Shown here: one piece after another, positions 40,098 to 40,196 of the stretch | Layout of the letters: the number at the start of each line of letters is the position of its first letter | Position numbering within the stretch: the stretch's first letter is position 1 | The notes under the pieces: model-generated | Seen by the model: the letters and a program-made list of their open reading frames with translations, nothing else | Databases searched by the model: none | Told to the model about the DNA's origin: nothing | Translations under genes and position numbers: made by a program | Source of the DNA: a virus | Reading direction: 5' to 3' (one strand) | IMG/VR virus record: IMGVR_UViG_3300029171_000021 | Coordinates: 1-40,196 of that record | DNA length: 40,196 nucleotides

Positions 40098-40196
40098 ATA
40101 TCAGCCAGATTGTCAATGTTCTAATTGCATCTGTCTGTCTGTATTCTATCTGTAAGTTGGAAGTCTGACTTTACCTGTAGTATCTCTTACATCTCT
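40098..40196. repeat. Terminal direct repeat, copy 2 (identical to 1..99)
   Basis: See copy 1. It duplicates the 3' end of gene 49..426. Confidence 0.95.

Noticed and set aside
1-40196. Lysogeny module, CRISPR array, diversity-generating retroelement or transposable element
   Set aside because: No integrase, recombinase, excisionase, reverse transcriptase or transposase-like ORF was recognised. I saw no regularly spaced repeat array and no template/variable repeat pair. The only regulator-like gene is a single XRE-type HTH.

Overview
The window is one complete, circularly closed dsDNA tailed-phage genome. Bases 1-99 recur exactly at 40098-40196, so the unique length is 40,097 bp. No rRNA, tRNA, CRISPR array, integrase, transposase, reverse transcriptase or DNA polymerase could be recognised by eye.

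Gene layout: two divergent transcription arms leave a 212-bp control region at 7445-7656.
- Rightward arm (7657-22663, + strand): about 36 small, tightly packed genes, many with ATGA overlaps. It encodes a DUF1376-type replication initiator with an iteron-like origin inside the gene, and a DnaB-like helicase. A three-gene nucleotide cassette follows (FkbM-type methyltransferase, dNMP kinase, ThyA/dCMP-hydroxymethylase-family enzyme). Next is a recombination set (RecB-family nuclease, Rad52-like annealase, NinB-like, RusA). It also carries an HNH nuclease, an XRE-type HTH protein, an HD-domain nucleotidase and several small membrane, acidic and zinc-ribbon proteins.
- Leftward arm (- strand): runs from 7444 to 49, crosses the circular junction, and continues from 39991 down to 22655. 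In order it encodes small early-left proteins including a cold-shock-domain protein and a secreted Cys-rich peptide, then TerS, a Phd/YefM-like zinc-ribbon protein, TerL and portal. After the junction come scaffold, a decoration-like protein, an HK97-fold major capsid protein, tail and fibre proteins, two very large internal-virion-like proteins (one with a CHAP/NlpC-P60 domain) and an Amidase_3 endolysin.
- No tail tube, sheath or classical tape-measure set is evident, so a short-tailed (podovirus-like) virion is my guess.

Most notable observations:
1. The ThyA-family enzyme carries the T4 dCMP-hydroxymethylase signature (MRSND ... Asp in place of the uracil-specifying Asn). It sits in a promoter-defined cassette with a dNMP kinase and an FkbM methyltransferase, and an HD nucleotidase lies elsewhere. 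This suggests cytosine modification of the DNA in a phage that lacks its own polymerase.
2. There is a family of sigma70-like promoters (TTGAC[A/T]-N17-[C/A]ATAAT). Three of them share a roughly 30-bp near-identical element whose spacer is also conserved.
3. The control region has back-to-back promoters and interleaved inverted repeats in an unusually long leader.
4. Start codons are preceded by A/C-rich (ACAAAC/ACAGAC) leaders, with no Shine-Dalgarno sequence anywhere I looked.
5. A small opposite-strand island lies between the endolysin and the virion genes.

All functional calls come from motif recognition by eye and from synteny. None has been checked by database search.
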